Shown: one piece after another, positions 55,763 to 64,000 of the stretch
Layout of the letters: the number at the start of each line of letters is the position of its first letter
Numbering within the stretch: the stretch's first letter is position 1
Source: an uncultured Candidatus Saccharibacteria bacterium
GTDB lineage: Bacteria; Patescibacteriota; Minisyncoccia; Phycocordibacterales; UBA918
Direction of reading: 5' to 3'
Assembly (NCBI GenBank): GCA_964626635.1
Contig: CAZVFY010000003.1
Coordinates: 7,449-71,448 of the forward strand
Length of the DNA stretch: 64,000 nt
Position numbers and translations under genes: made by a program
The notes under the pieces: generated by a model
Seen by the model: only the letters and a program-made list of their open reading frames with translations
Databases searched by the model: none
What the model was told of the DNA's origin: nothing

Positions 55763-56806
55763 ATGCCACTGGTCATCGAAAATAACTACGATTGCGTTTC
55801 GCTGGCGGATCTGGTGCGACTGCGCCAAGCTGGCTACTCGGTGTTGAAGTCACCACATGTCGGTAACCAGCACCCCAGTAACTTGGTCTGTGCTGCGCTG
55901 CGTATCCCGATGGAGATGGTGAGTTTTACGATTGGTACACGCGACTGTAACTTCCATCCGCACGCTCGGATTGAGGGTGGTGTTGCCAGAGCGCTCTACC
56001 CCGCTGATACGTACACTCCGTTTGGTGTACTCCCGTGCGGTACTGCCGCGACGGAGTATCACCAGGCGGCTGTGCGCCGCGTGTTCCCACATACCGAAGT
56101 CATGACGGATATGGAACGGATGCAGCAGTATCCGGCGCTCGCCGCCACTGTTTTGCGGGCGACCAACCGCGTGGTGCGCGGACTGTGGTATCGGCGTGTG
56201 AGCGCTATCGGCAAAGTCAGCAAGCGCACCTTGCGCGAGCTTGGTCCAGAGCACATGGAAACGGAAGTGTTCCAGTTCTCGAACGATCGCTTTGGTTGGG
56301 TAGTACCCAACCGCGTACACATAGTGTTCGATCTGGTGTACCAAGCACTGTCGTCCGGCCGCGATGTGATTTACCACCTCTCGGGGCCACAGATGGTGCA
56401 CTACGTCGACGGTATCACGGCTGAATTGTCACTCATGTACGATGCGGTGCGGGCCAATATCCCGCAATTGCCGCTTGTATTGCGGGCAAAGGTCGTGCCG
56501 GTGGCAAGTGCGCGGCTGGTGACACATCAGAGTAACGCTGGTGCGCTCGCTGACGTAAATGAGCTCTTGGAGCGGTTTGGTGCGAGCGGGTTGTCGCCAG
56601 GGTTGGTGGCAGATGTGCAACAGGCCTTGCCGGAGCTGACTGTCCCGATCGAACGCGGGACGTTCCTGTCACAGTACGACCTGTCGAGCGCCGACGATCT
56701 CTACTTGGCGCCATGGATGCTCGAAGCGCCGCTTTCGGCAGTGACGGCACTCCACCAGCGGCTCTCTACGGTGACTGCGACCGCGCCACCTCTTCCCGTA
56801 CCGTAA
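55763..56806 (+). CDS. Hypothetical protein with HIGH-like motif (PHVGN)
   Basis: Long GC-rich ORF; GGAGG SD before ATG 55763. Confidence 0.75.
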   Translation: MPLVIENNYDCVSLADLVRLRQAGYSVLKSPHVGNQHPSNLVCAALRIPMEMVSFTIGTRDCNFHPHARIEGGVARALYPADTYTPFGVLPCGTAATEYHQAAVRRVFPHTEVMTDMERMQQYPALAATVLRATNRVVRGLWYRRVSAIGKVSKRTLRELGPEHMETEVFQFSNDRFGWVVPNRVHIVFDLVYQALSSGRDVIYHLSGPQMVHYVDGITAELSLMYDAVRANIPQLPLVLRAKVVPVASARLVTHQSNAGALADVNELLERFGASGLSPGLVADVQQALPELTVPIERGTFLSQYDLSSADDLYLAPWMLEAPLSAVTALHQRLSTVTATAPPLPVP

Positions 56807-56894
56807 CTAGGTACCGCGACTAGCGCGCGTACATATATATGTGCGCTAGTCTTTCTATATTAAACGTATGTCCCTATAATCTTGTCTACACTAT

Positions 56895-57830
56895 ATGAAA
56901 CTCTACGACCTACACCAAGACCTGATGACGCACCTGCGCTTTCGCGAGCGACTGCAGCAAACGCAGCAAACCGACTGGGATATGCTCGAGGGCAGCGAAA
57001 CGGATTTACTTATTGCCACCGCATTTCCGTTCCCGGACAACGACGATCAGTTGGATCTAGTGGTAGCTGAGTTGATCACCGAAGAGCTTGAGCTGTACCG
57101 CCAGTACGTTGCCAGTTCAGATGCGTGGCAATTGGTAACACGGGCGAGTGACCTCGACTCTAGTCAGAAAAAGCTACTGCTGCATATCGAAGGCCTCAAT
57201 GTGTTCGATGGTATCGAGAATTCCTGGACGCAGTTGCGTCAGTGGGTCGAGCTCGGGGTGCGATCAGTCGGGACGCACTGGAATATTGATAATCAACTCG
57301 GTGGTGGCACCCTCTCCCCCGAGCGACCGCTGACAGATCTGGGTCGCGAGGTGATCCAGTTTCTGGAATCAAACCACATCTTGTTCGACATGGCGCACAT
57401 GGGACGAGCGAGTTTTTGGGACGCAGCGGCAGTTACATCGCGACCACTATATGTCAGTCACGGCAACACCAACGCAGTCTGTGGCAACGTCCGTAACTAT
57501 ACAGACGAACAACTCCGCACCATCGCCGAGACTGACGGCGTTATTGGCGTCTTTTTTGCCGGGACGTTTGTGGCGGGTAAAAGTCGCCCGAGTACGATCG
57601 CTGACGTGGTGGCGCACATCAACCACCTCAAGCAACTCATCGGCACCCGTCACATCGCGATCGGCAGTGACTGGGGTGGCATCGTCAGTGGAGGTGTCAC
57701 CGGACTCGAGCGCGTGGATCAGATCGATAATTTGTTCGCTGCACTGCGTGCGATCGGCTACACCGAAGAAGAGTTGGAGCAAATCGCGTGGCGCAATGCG
57801 GAACGGGTGTTGCGAGCGCATCTCCGTTAA
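56895..57830 (+). CDS. Membrane dipeptidase (peptidase M19) family
   Basis: DLHQD, HIEG, LT.LG, D.AH, SH.N, RN..D, GVIG, IGSD..G. Confidence 0.92.
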   Translation: MKLYDLHQDLMTHLRFRERLQQTQQTDWDMLEGSETDLLIATAFPFPDNDDQLDLVVAELITEELELYRQYVASSDAWQLVTRASDLDSSQKKLLLHIEGLNVFDGIENSWTQLRQWVELGVRSVGTHWNIDNQLGGGTLSPERPLTDLGREVIQFLESNHILFDMAHMGRASFWDAAAVTSRPLYVSHGNTNAVCGNVRNYTDEQLRTIAETDGVIGVFFAGTFVAGKSRPSTIADVVAHINHLKQLIGTRHIAIGSDWGGIVSGGVTGLERVDQIDNLFAALRAIGYTEEELEQIAWRNAERVLRAHLR

Positions 57831-57968
57831 ATATTTGGAGACTGCACTGAGGTGCAGGATAGAGACTGTCACAAATATTGCAATATTATATATTTGTGAC
57901 ATAGTATGAGAGTCTTCGCCACACGGTGTGGTCCGGACAGTTCTTCAACACAGTTAGGAGTATGCGAC

Positions 57969-58616
57969 ATGGCGTCGTCTGCCTATGACACACAAACTGC
58001 AGAGCTTCTCGTCCAAATCGCGAGAAATATACCTCGGGATATTCCGTCCTCTATCATGCAGGGCTGGATCGAAAACCCGCGCACATTGCAGAGAGTACTG
58101 CGAGAAGCGCTTTTACCACCTGAGCGCGAATTCATGTTTTCAGCATGGAAAACGGTGAAGGTGGGACTGCTGGAGAGTGTCAACCATGCCCTTACCCAGC
58201 TGAAAGCAATGGGTGTAGAGGTGCTCGATCCCGAAGATGAGATCTTCAAGAGCATGTCGCTCGAGACACAGGAACGCGAGCTCGATCTAGTTCGTATCCC
58301 GCTGACAGCTCTTAGTTTGCCTGAAGGCTACCATTCAGTTGCGGACATTCATGCCGCAGCATTGAAGCGGGGTTTGGAACCTTGCCCCGCAGAAGTCGGT
58401 CTGGTGCTTTGGTTGCAATATCCAGCTGTACTGAAGCCGGGTGATAATGCGACCATTGCAATGGAGCCGGTAGTTGGCTTTAGTGGCATGTGTGGGGGTT
58501 TTACTCTCGACAACGATAGCGGTGTTCGGCTGCTTGTGCTTGGCGAACGCCATCCTGACGATGAGCGACAGTCTTCAGAAATGGAGCGCTGGATCTTCGT
58601 CCGTCCCCGCACCTGA
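57969..58616 (+). CDS. Hypothetical protein
   Basis: AGGAG SD; GL..CPAEVG..L..QY motif; terminator downstream. Confidence 0.75.
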   Translation: MASSAYDTQTAELLVQIARNIPRDIPSSIMQGWIENPRTLQRVLREALLPPEREFMFSAWKTVKVGLLESVNHALTQLKAMGVEVLDPEDEIFKSMSLETQERELDLVRIPLTALSLPEGYHSVADIHAAALKRGLEPCPAEVGLVLWLQYPAVLKPGDNATIAMEPVVGFSGMCGGFTLDNDSGVRLLVLGERHPDDERQSSEMERWIFVRPRT

Positions 58617-58649
58617 ACAGTTCCTCAGTCACCCACCCCGGTGACCTCG

Positions 58650-58738
58650 CCCCCGGCGCGCATGCGTGCCGGGGGTTTTTTTAACCGCATCTATAATTCA
58701 TCAACAAAAGAAAAAACCCGGCGCATGCGCCGGGTTTT
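58650..58738. terminator. Pair of terminators for convergent genes
   Basis: Hairpin 58650-58675 with T-run, and perfect palindrome AAAACCCGGCGCATGCGCCGGGTTTT at 58713-58738. Confidence 0.8.
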
Positions 58739-58758
58739 GTTGCTGTGCAGTCTTGTTT

Positions 58759-59343
58759 TCAAAGACCTTTCTTGTACTCTTCCCATAACGGTAACCAGTC
58801 ATCTCGGAATACCGCTAGCATGATGTCGTCATGACGTTCACCATGACGGAACCATTGCGATCGCTTGCGACCCTCTTCAACGTAGCCGCACTTGCGACTG
58901 TACGCTGCCGAGCGACCATTGAACGCGATCACACTCGAACAGACTTTGTGCAGCCCGAGCTGATTGAACGCATAGTCAAGAAGAAGCATTTTGGCATCGG
59001 TGCCGTAGCCGTGGTTCTGGTGTTCCGGGCGGAAGATGACCGAGCCGGTCGTAGCCACCCGATTGATGAGGTCAATCTGATGCAACCCCATTGTGCCGAT
59101 CAGTGTGCCGTCTGGCAGACAGATCGCAATAGTATGATCAGTGGCGCTCGGCGTTTGCTTAGAGCGGATCCACTCCTCCTCAAAGCCAAGGCCTTTTGGT
59201 CCGTGCGACGCGAGGTACTGATTGACCAATGGATCGTTGATGCCGCGATAGATGGTCGGTGCGTCGCTCATTTCGAGGGGACGCAGAATGACCAGTTTTC
59301 CGCGACGCCAGACGATTGGACCGTTCGTGGTGTCTTGGGTCAT
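58759..59343 (-). CDS. RimJ/RimL family GNAT acetyltransferase
   Basis: LRPLE..D, GYGT.A..L.L.YAF..LGLH, N.RS....K.G...EG. Confidence 0.92.
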   Translation of the reverse strand: MTQDTTNGPIVWRRGKLVILRPLEMSDAPTIYRGINDPLVNQYLASHGPKGLGFEEEWIRSKQTPSATDHTIAICLPDGTLIGTMGLHQIDLINRVATTGSVIFRPEHQNHGYGTDAKMLLLDYAFNQLGLHKVCSSVIAFNGRSAAYSRKCGYVEEGRKRSQWFRHGERHDDIMLAVFRDDWLPLWEEYKKGL

Positions 59344-59415
59344 TAGATTTACTTTCCTTTATCTTCCAGAATTTGGTGGAGTGATCGGGCGGAAACATTC
59401 CCGCCCGATCAGTGT

Positions 59416-61296
59416 TCAGGCCGCCTGCCCAATCCCTTCTGGCACAAATCCCTGCGCGTCGGCCATCTCCCGAAAGAGCGGCTCGGCGCGGTAGAGTTCG
59501 GCCAGTGAATTGTGCATGGTGACTTGCTCGGTGTCGTTATCACACCGGTGTAGCGGTCGCACAAAGATGACCTCATCAAGATCAGCCACTGTCGACAGAC
59601 GGTGAGCAATCATGATCAGCGTCGTCTTGGGGCCGAGACCCTTTACAAGATGCTGCATTACCTTACTCTCAGACAGCGAATCAAGTGAGGCGGACGGCTC
59701 GTCGGCTTCCAACAAGTAGTCCGGACTTGCACTGAGTGCAATCTTTAGGAAGGTTCGCGCAATCTGAAGACGTTGTTGTTGTCCGCCAGAAAGTTTGAGT
59801 CCCTTGTACCCGATGTCAGTGTGCAGTCCGTTTGAGAAACTCTCTGTTGGCAACCCAGCCTGCTCGAGTGCAGCAACAGCCTTGCTGTCAATTGAAGCTC
59901 GTTCAGTTTTGGGCAGCTCGTGATACGCCACCGGCATATCCTCGAGCGACACACTAAAGAGTAAGTTGTCGAGGATTGTCCCCTCGAACGGTTCACTCTT
60001 TTGCATTACCACGCCAACATGACGCAGTACTGACTTGGTCGACACGTGACGTATGTCTTGCTCGCCAATAAGCACACGACCATTCTCGGGGTCGCTGGCT
60101 CTGGCAAGCAGTGTCATCAGTTGGGATTTACCTGCCCCGCTTAGTCCGACAATACCGACCTTTTTACCTGCTTCGATGTGAAGGTTGACGTTACGTAGTA
60201 CTGGTATCCGCTTTCCGTTATCAATCACGCTGTGATCAACTCCGTCAAACGTCACTGACATTGGGCCCGGCTCGAACGCTGGCCCCTGGTTGTACGAGTA
60301 AGGTACCGGCATCTCAAGCACCCGCCGGTACTTGTCGATACTGGCGAGGTCAAACTGCACTTCCCGCGCCCCGTCAGCGATCACCTGAAACGACTTGAGC
60401 ATCTGCTCGAGCGCAAAGACAATCACTATCAGGGAAGAAAGTGGTAGCTTGTCATCTAGGGTAAGATGTCCCACGTACAGATACACTGGTACTGTGAACG
60501 CGATCCCGCGCAGACGACGGTTAGTTACTGCGCGGGCAAACAGGTGCTGCCATACCTTCTTATCAAGTTGCAGCGCTGGTTGCACTAGGTCGCGAATGGC
60601 TTTTAGCATTTTGTCTTCGACGCCGTTCATTTTGACATGATCAACGTGTTTCCAGACTTCATCCTGAAAACGGTCCCATTTTTTAAAGCCTTTGATGATG
60701 GGCTTCATCTGGACCTGCATTCGCTTGTTCAGTGCAATGGATACTCGCCACTCAATTAAGAGATAGCTGATAACCAGCCCGCCAATCACGGGTGCTGCGA
60801 GAGTCACCATGACGACACCAAACCCGATAATTCCCCATCCTGGTAGGATCGAAAACAGATACATACCAATTAGGTTCCAGATGCGGTTTTTGAGCGCCTC
60901 CACCCCGCTGCCATCGATATCGGCGTTACTACTGGTGAGCCACGACAGTGGCCGCGCCAGGTATTGTTTAGTGATAGCGTACGGAACATGCCAAAAGAAC
61001 GCGCGAAAAAATGGTTCTCTGGCCTGAAAACGCAGCCACCCGACAGCAGCCTCGGTAAGATTGATGAGGGTGTAAATAGCTAATCCAGCTAACGCAACCG
61101 TCTCGGCAGTCACAGTTACACCGTCAATGATCAAGCCAAGCGCATACGGCGTCAGCATCAAGAGCGCTGAGCCAGTCATGGTCAGTGCGAACGTGGTAAT
61201 TGCCAGTCGGCGACTACGTTCGTCGAACGTAGTAAGCCAGACGTAGCGGTAGTTCGGGTTCATTTTATTTCTGAACCACTCTTTGGTAATACGCAT
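59416..61296 (-). CDS. ABC transporter, fused permease + ATPase (exporter type)
   Basis: TM domain; GLSGAGKS, LSGGQQQR, DEPSASLD, IAHRLST. Confidence 0.92.
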   Translation of the reverse strand: MRITKEWFRNKMNPNYRYVWLTTFDERSRRLAITTFALTMTGSALLMLTPYALGLIIDGVTVTAETVALAGLAIYTLINLTEAAVGWLRFQAREPFFRAFFWHVPYAITKQYLARPLSWLTSSNADIDGSGVEALKNRIWNLIGMYLFSILPGWGIIGFGVVMVTLAAPVIGGLVISYLLIEWRVSIALNKRMQVQMKPIIKGFKKWDRFQDEVWKHVDHVKMNGVEDKMLKAIRDLVQPALQLDKKVWQHLFARAVTNRRLRGIAFTVPVYLYVGHLTLDDKLPLSSLIVIVFALEQMLKSFQVIADGAREVQFDLASIDKYRRVLEMPVPYSYNQGPAFEPGPMSVTFDGVDHSVIDNGKRIPVLRNVNLHIEAGKKVGIVGLSGAGKSQLMTLLARASDPENGRVLIGEQDIRHVSTKSVLRHVGVVMQKSEPFEGTILDNLLFSVSLEDMPVAYHELPKTERASIDSKAVAALEQAGLPTESFSNGLHTDIGYKGLKLSGGQQQRLQIARTFLKIALSASPDYLLEADEPSASLDSLSESKVMQHLVKGLGPKTTLIMIAHRLSTVADLDEVIFVRPLHRCDNDTEQVTMHNSLAELYRAEPLFREMADAQGFVPEGIGQAA

Positions 61297-61359
61297 GAGC
61301 GTCTCCTTCTGGTTGCATGGGTTGTAAAGACCTTACTCCATCCCGCAGAAACGGGTCGA

Positions 61360-61557
61360 GAGAAAGAACAACAGCGTCGCCTGAAGGCGACGCTGTTTCA
61401 GGTTCACAATATAAAATTTACGAAATCAAAACAGATTGCCTACACGGAATGAGGAATAGAGACGTACACACCATGGGAATGGCTAGTAGTTGACTTGAGA
61501 ATGTGTGGGCAAAATATTGCATCCACGTAAATTATCACACTAATAAGAAAGTGTCAA
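61360..61557 (-). promoter_or_regulatory. Promoter + short leader ORF + terminator upstream of the ABC exporter (attenuator-like)
   Basis: TTGACA (61557-61552); ATG ORF 61522-61418; 12-bp stem AACAGCGTCGCC/GGCGACGCTGTT (61370-61397) followed by a U-rich tail. Confidence 0.6.
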
Positions 61558-61788
61558 CAGACGGTATGGCCTAAGATAAAAGCGGATTTTAGACCTTGAT
61601 TATGGTGACCACTGATCCGTCATATTGTCAATTGTGAGCCCGGACATGTCCGATACAATAGCTCGCATACCAGTTTTAGGTAGCTACGTTCTGCGCGAAC
61701 GTAGGCAGACAGCACTGATGTACCGGTAGATAAAGGCGACGCGTTCACCCTCAAGCTTATAAAACAGATTACTCAAGACGTTGTTCCC

Positions 61789-62793
61789 TTGCGACCTAGT
61801 CTCAAACAACTGACATACGCCACAGTCACACTCGCCATTGCGGCGATGGTTCTGCCGACATTCGTGACTGCCACCAAGGAACCAGCTGTGGGCAGTCAGC
61901 TACCAATTGAAAATACTACCGTGGCCCAACACGAACTGGCGCAGCTACAGACTATGCCGCTGTTGTCGTACACACCGCCGCGCGCTCGGGGTGGTTCTGA
62001 CATTTCGATTGATGATACCGCGCTCCTCGCGAATGCCCGCGTCGGCGCCTCAGAAATTGCCCCCAAAGGCAGTAGTGAAATCCGGGTGTACACCGTCCGT
62101 GAGGGAGACACCCTATCACGAGTCGGCGACATGTTTGGCGTGACGAGCAATACTATTTTGTGGGCCAACGACCTGCCTCGCGCCACGCAAATCCGTCCGG
62201 GCGACACCCTCATTATTCTACCGATTGCCGGCGTGCAGCACACTGTTGCTAGTGGCGACACGATCGATGCGATTGCCAAGCAATACAATGGTGACGCTGA
62301 AGAGATTCTCCAGTACAACGAATTAGGCGAAGACGCCGAACTCGCGCTCGGCGATACGTTGATTATTCCCGGCGGAACGGTGCGTAGTGTGCAGGCCCGC
62401 GCAGCCTCGGCCGTGCCAGTGCAAATTAATGGCTCAACCGCCCAAGTATCAGGCGGCCTCGTTCATCCAGTGCCGGGTGCCGTGCGCACCCAAGGACTGC
62501 ACGGCCAGAACGCAATCGATTTTGCGGCTGGTCATGGCGCGACTATCCGAGCAGCTGCCGCTGGCGAAGTTATTGTTTCAAGAAGCTCTGGATGGAACGG
62601 TGGATATGGTCAGTACATTGTGATCAGACACAACAATGGTACCCAAACGCTATATGCTCATTTGTCGAGCAACTACGTTGGTGTCGGCGCGTACGTCGCC
62701 CAGGGTGAAGCCATTGGTGGTATGGGTAACACTGGTCGCTCGACCGGAACGCATTTGCACTTTGAGGTGCGCGGCGGCCGCAACCCATTCTAG
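61789..62793 (+). CDS. LysM-domain M23 family peptidase
   Basis: Two LysM repeats (Y.V..GDTL, HTV.SGDT), H...ID, YAHL, G.TG.STG.HLHFE. Confidence 0.93.
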   Translation: MRPSLKQLTYATVTLAIAAMVLPTFVTATKEPAVGSQLPIENTTVAQHELAQLQTMPLLSYTPPRARGGSDISIDDTALLANARVGASEIAPKGSSEIRVYTVREGDTLSRVGDMFGVTSNTILWANDLPRATQIRPGDTLIILPIAGVQHTVASGDTIDAIAKQYNGDAEEILQYNELGEDAELALGDTLIIPGGTVRSVQARAASAVPVQINGSTAQVSGGLVHPVPGAVRTQGLHGQNAIDFAAGHGATIRAAAAGEVIVSRSSGWNGGYGQYIVIRHNNGTQTLYAHLSSNYVGVGAYVAQGEAIGGMGNTGRSTGTHLHFEVRGGRNPF

Positions 62794-62855
62794 TAGCGTA
62801 CTTACTTCGGGCCAGTACGTTTGCCCCCCCCTTAATATCTCTTGCGTACCGAGAC

Positions 62856-63506
62856 TTACCCCCAATTAGCATTCTCTTCGACCGCTTCTTCTAGTGTGTC
62901 CTCGCCAAGCGGAATGGATTGTTGTGACCTGTGCGGATGCCTCGCCCGGCGCAATACATACAGTCCCCCGATTGCACCAATCAGTGATCCGGCAACTTCT
63001 AATTGTAAATCGTGCATGGTGTCGGCCAGACTCGGTTGCATATTGCTCCCAAACAGCGCATCAATATAAAATTCGATTATTTCCCATAGTACCCCCACTG
63101 TTACTGCGGCAAAGAACGCAAACAAAACAATTAATATAGTTGGTTCCTTAATATGGCGTTTGCGAGCAACTATCACGAGCGGAACCACCGCAAAAAATCC
63201 AACCAGTACCGCCGAGCCAAAATGCAGTACAGAATCAAACCAATAAAAACGTTCATAAAAATTAGCGTACTCACCGAACCCAATCGCGATTGCCGTAAAA
63301 AACAGCAACAGTATAACGATACTGATCGGTACGTGGAGTCGCACGTACCTTTTTAGTATGACCGGCAAGAGAGTAATTCCGGCCAACAACATGACAAATA
63401 GTGCGATCCTGCCCATACCCATTAGCGCAGCAATACTAGCAATAGCCACCATAACGGCGGCTACTACTAACAAGCTCAGCTGTTGTCTGCGATGCTTGCG
63501 ACTCAT
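62856..63506 (-). CDS. Membrane protein (DUF2238-like)
   Basis: Y....WFD..LH, WEI.EF..D, DTM.DL motifs with TM helices. Confidence 0.75.
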   Translation of the reverse strand: MSRKHRRQQLSLLVVAAVMVAIASIAALMGMGRIALFVMLLAGITLLPVILKRYVRLHVPISIVILLLFFTAIAIGFGEYANFYERFYWFDSVLHFGSAVLVGFFAVVPLVIVARKRHIKEPTILIVLFAFFAAVTVGVLWEIIEFYIDALFGSNMQPSLADTMHDLQLEVAGSLIGAIGGLYVLRRARHPHRSQQSIPLGEDTLEEAVEENANWG

Positions 63507-64000
63507 TACAGATTATCTTCAATAATCTCGATGTGATGCGCCTCAAAATCGTTTATTATAGCCGTGGCCTCAGAAGCGTCATCACCTGTTGCAACGCTGA
63601 CTAGTACCGCACCGGCACTGATAGCCTCTTCGTATTCACGAGCGCGCGGTTCGGAAATCCCTAGATTGGTAAGGGCCCCGATCAATCCGCCGGCCGCTGC
63701 TCCCACTACCCCGCCGGCGACTACTGTACCAGCGGCACCGGTAATACCGAGGGCTGTAAGGATCGGTCCAGCTGATACAACGGCTCCAATCGGGCCGAGC
63801 ACTCCTAAAGATGCAACTAGTCCAAGTGCTGCACCGATCACCCCACCAGTCGTTGCGCCCGAGGCAGCGCCTTCGGTAACGGTATCATCGGCGACCGTGG
63901 TAGCGTCACCGGCTACTTTCTCACCATCCACGTTACGGTAGACATAGGAAATGTCATCCTTGTCTATGCGTAGTTGCTGATGCAGTTGGTTAATGGCTTG
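63506..64000 (-). CDS. Glycine-zipper general-stress-type membrane protein (5' end outside window)
   Basis: Frame open to the window edge; GA..G...GG..G repeats, GP, GL.GAL...G......A..YE..I..G..LV.V. Confidence 0.8.
   Translation of the reverse strand, partial: QAINQLHQQLRIDKDDISYVYRNVDGEKVAGDATTVADDTVTEGAASGATTGGVIGAALGLVASLGVLGPIGAVVSAGPILTALGITGAAGTVVAGGVVGAAAGGLIGALTNLGISEPRAREYEEAISAGAVLVSVATGDDASEATAIINDFEAHHIEIIEDNL

Noticed and set aside
56817-56851. GACTAGCGC..ACATATATATGT..GCGCTAGTC palindrome with an AT microsatellite
   Set aside because: It is adequately explained as the terminator of the upstream gene.
582-63941. Numerous short antisense or alternate-frame ORFs in the track (e.g. 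5997..6521, 14418..15059, 46727..47353, 55850..56401)
   Set aside because: They are shadows of well-supported genes and lack motifs or independent expression signals.

Overview
This is a bacterial chromosome segment around the replication origin (dnaN-dnaA-rpmH-rnpA-yidC). Gene content and style point to Patescibacteria/CPR, Parcubacteria-like (inference): compact mostly SD-less core genes, a chromosomal PrgI/VirB4/pilin cluster, large Cys-containing surface proteins and a short YebC. Bases 1-12358 are the right end of an integrated island that ends in a copy of a tRNA-Ser 3' end. The island carries a ParB-methylase/methylase/HTH module followed by the most striking feature of the window, a tandem array of five small gene cassettes (7881-12174) plus a 184-bp gene-less unit. 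Every junction sits at a CCGCA-like core that mimics the tRNA 3' end and is built from interchangeable arms: left arms A or C, right arms B or D. These define two cassette families (B-cargo-A and D-cargo-C). The A arm encodes, antisense, a conserved 18-19 aa peptide (RRYLDDVRTAL.EEV.I) with synonymous changes between copies, in the same frame as the antisense tRNA end. This suggests a tRNA-targeted, integron-like cassette system in which recombination swaps the C-terminus of a recombinase; no recombinase gene is present in this window. The remainder is core genome (rpsT, ruvABC, murE, lnt, tRNA-Lys, holA, polA, tsaE, PilB-like ATPase, tyrS, class A PBP, rsmA, PcrA/UvrD), a candidate structured ncRNA near 28.6 kb, and an accessory stretch at 54-61 kb with two leader-peptide/attenuator-like regions. 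All calls come from reading sequence and motifs; no database searches were run.
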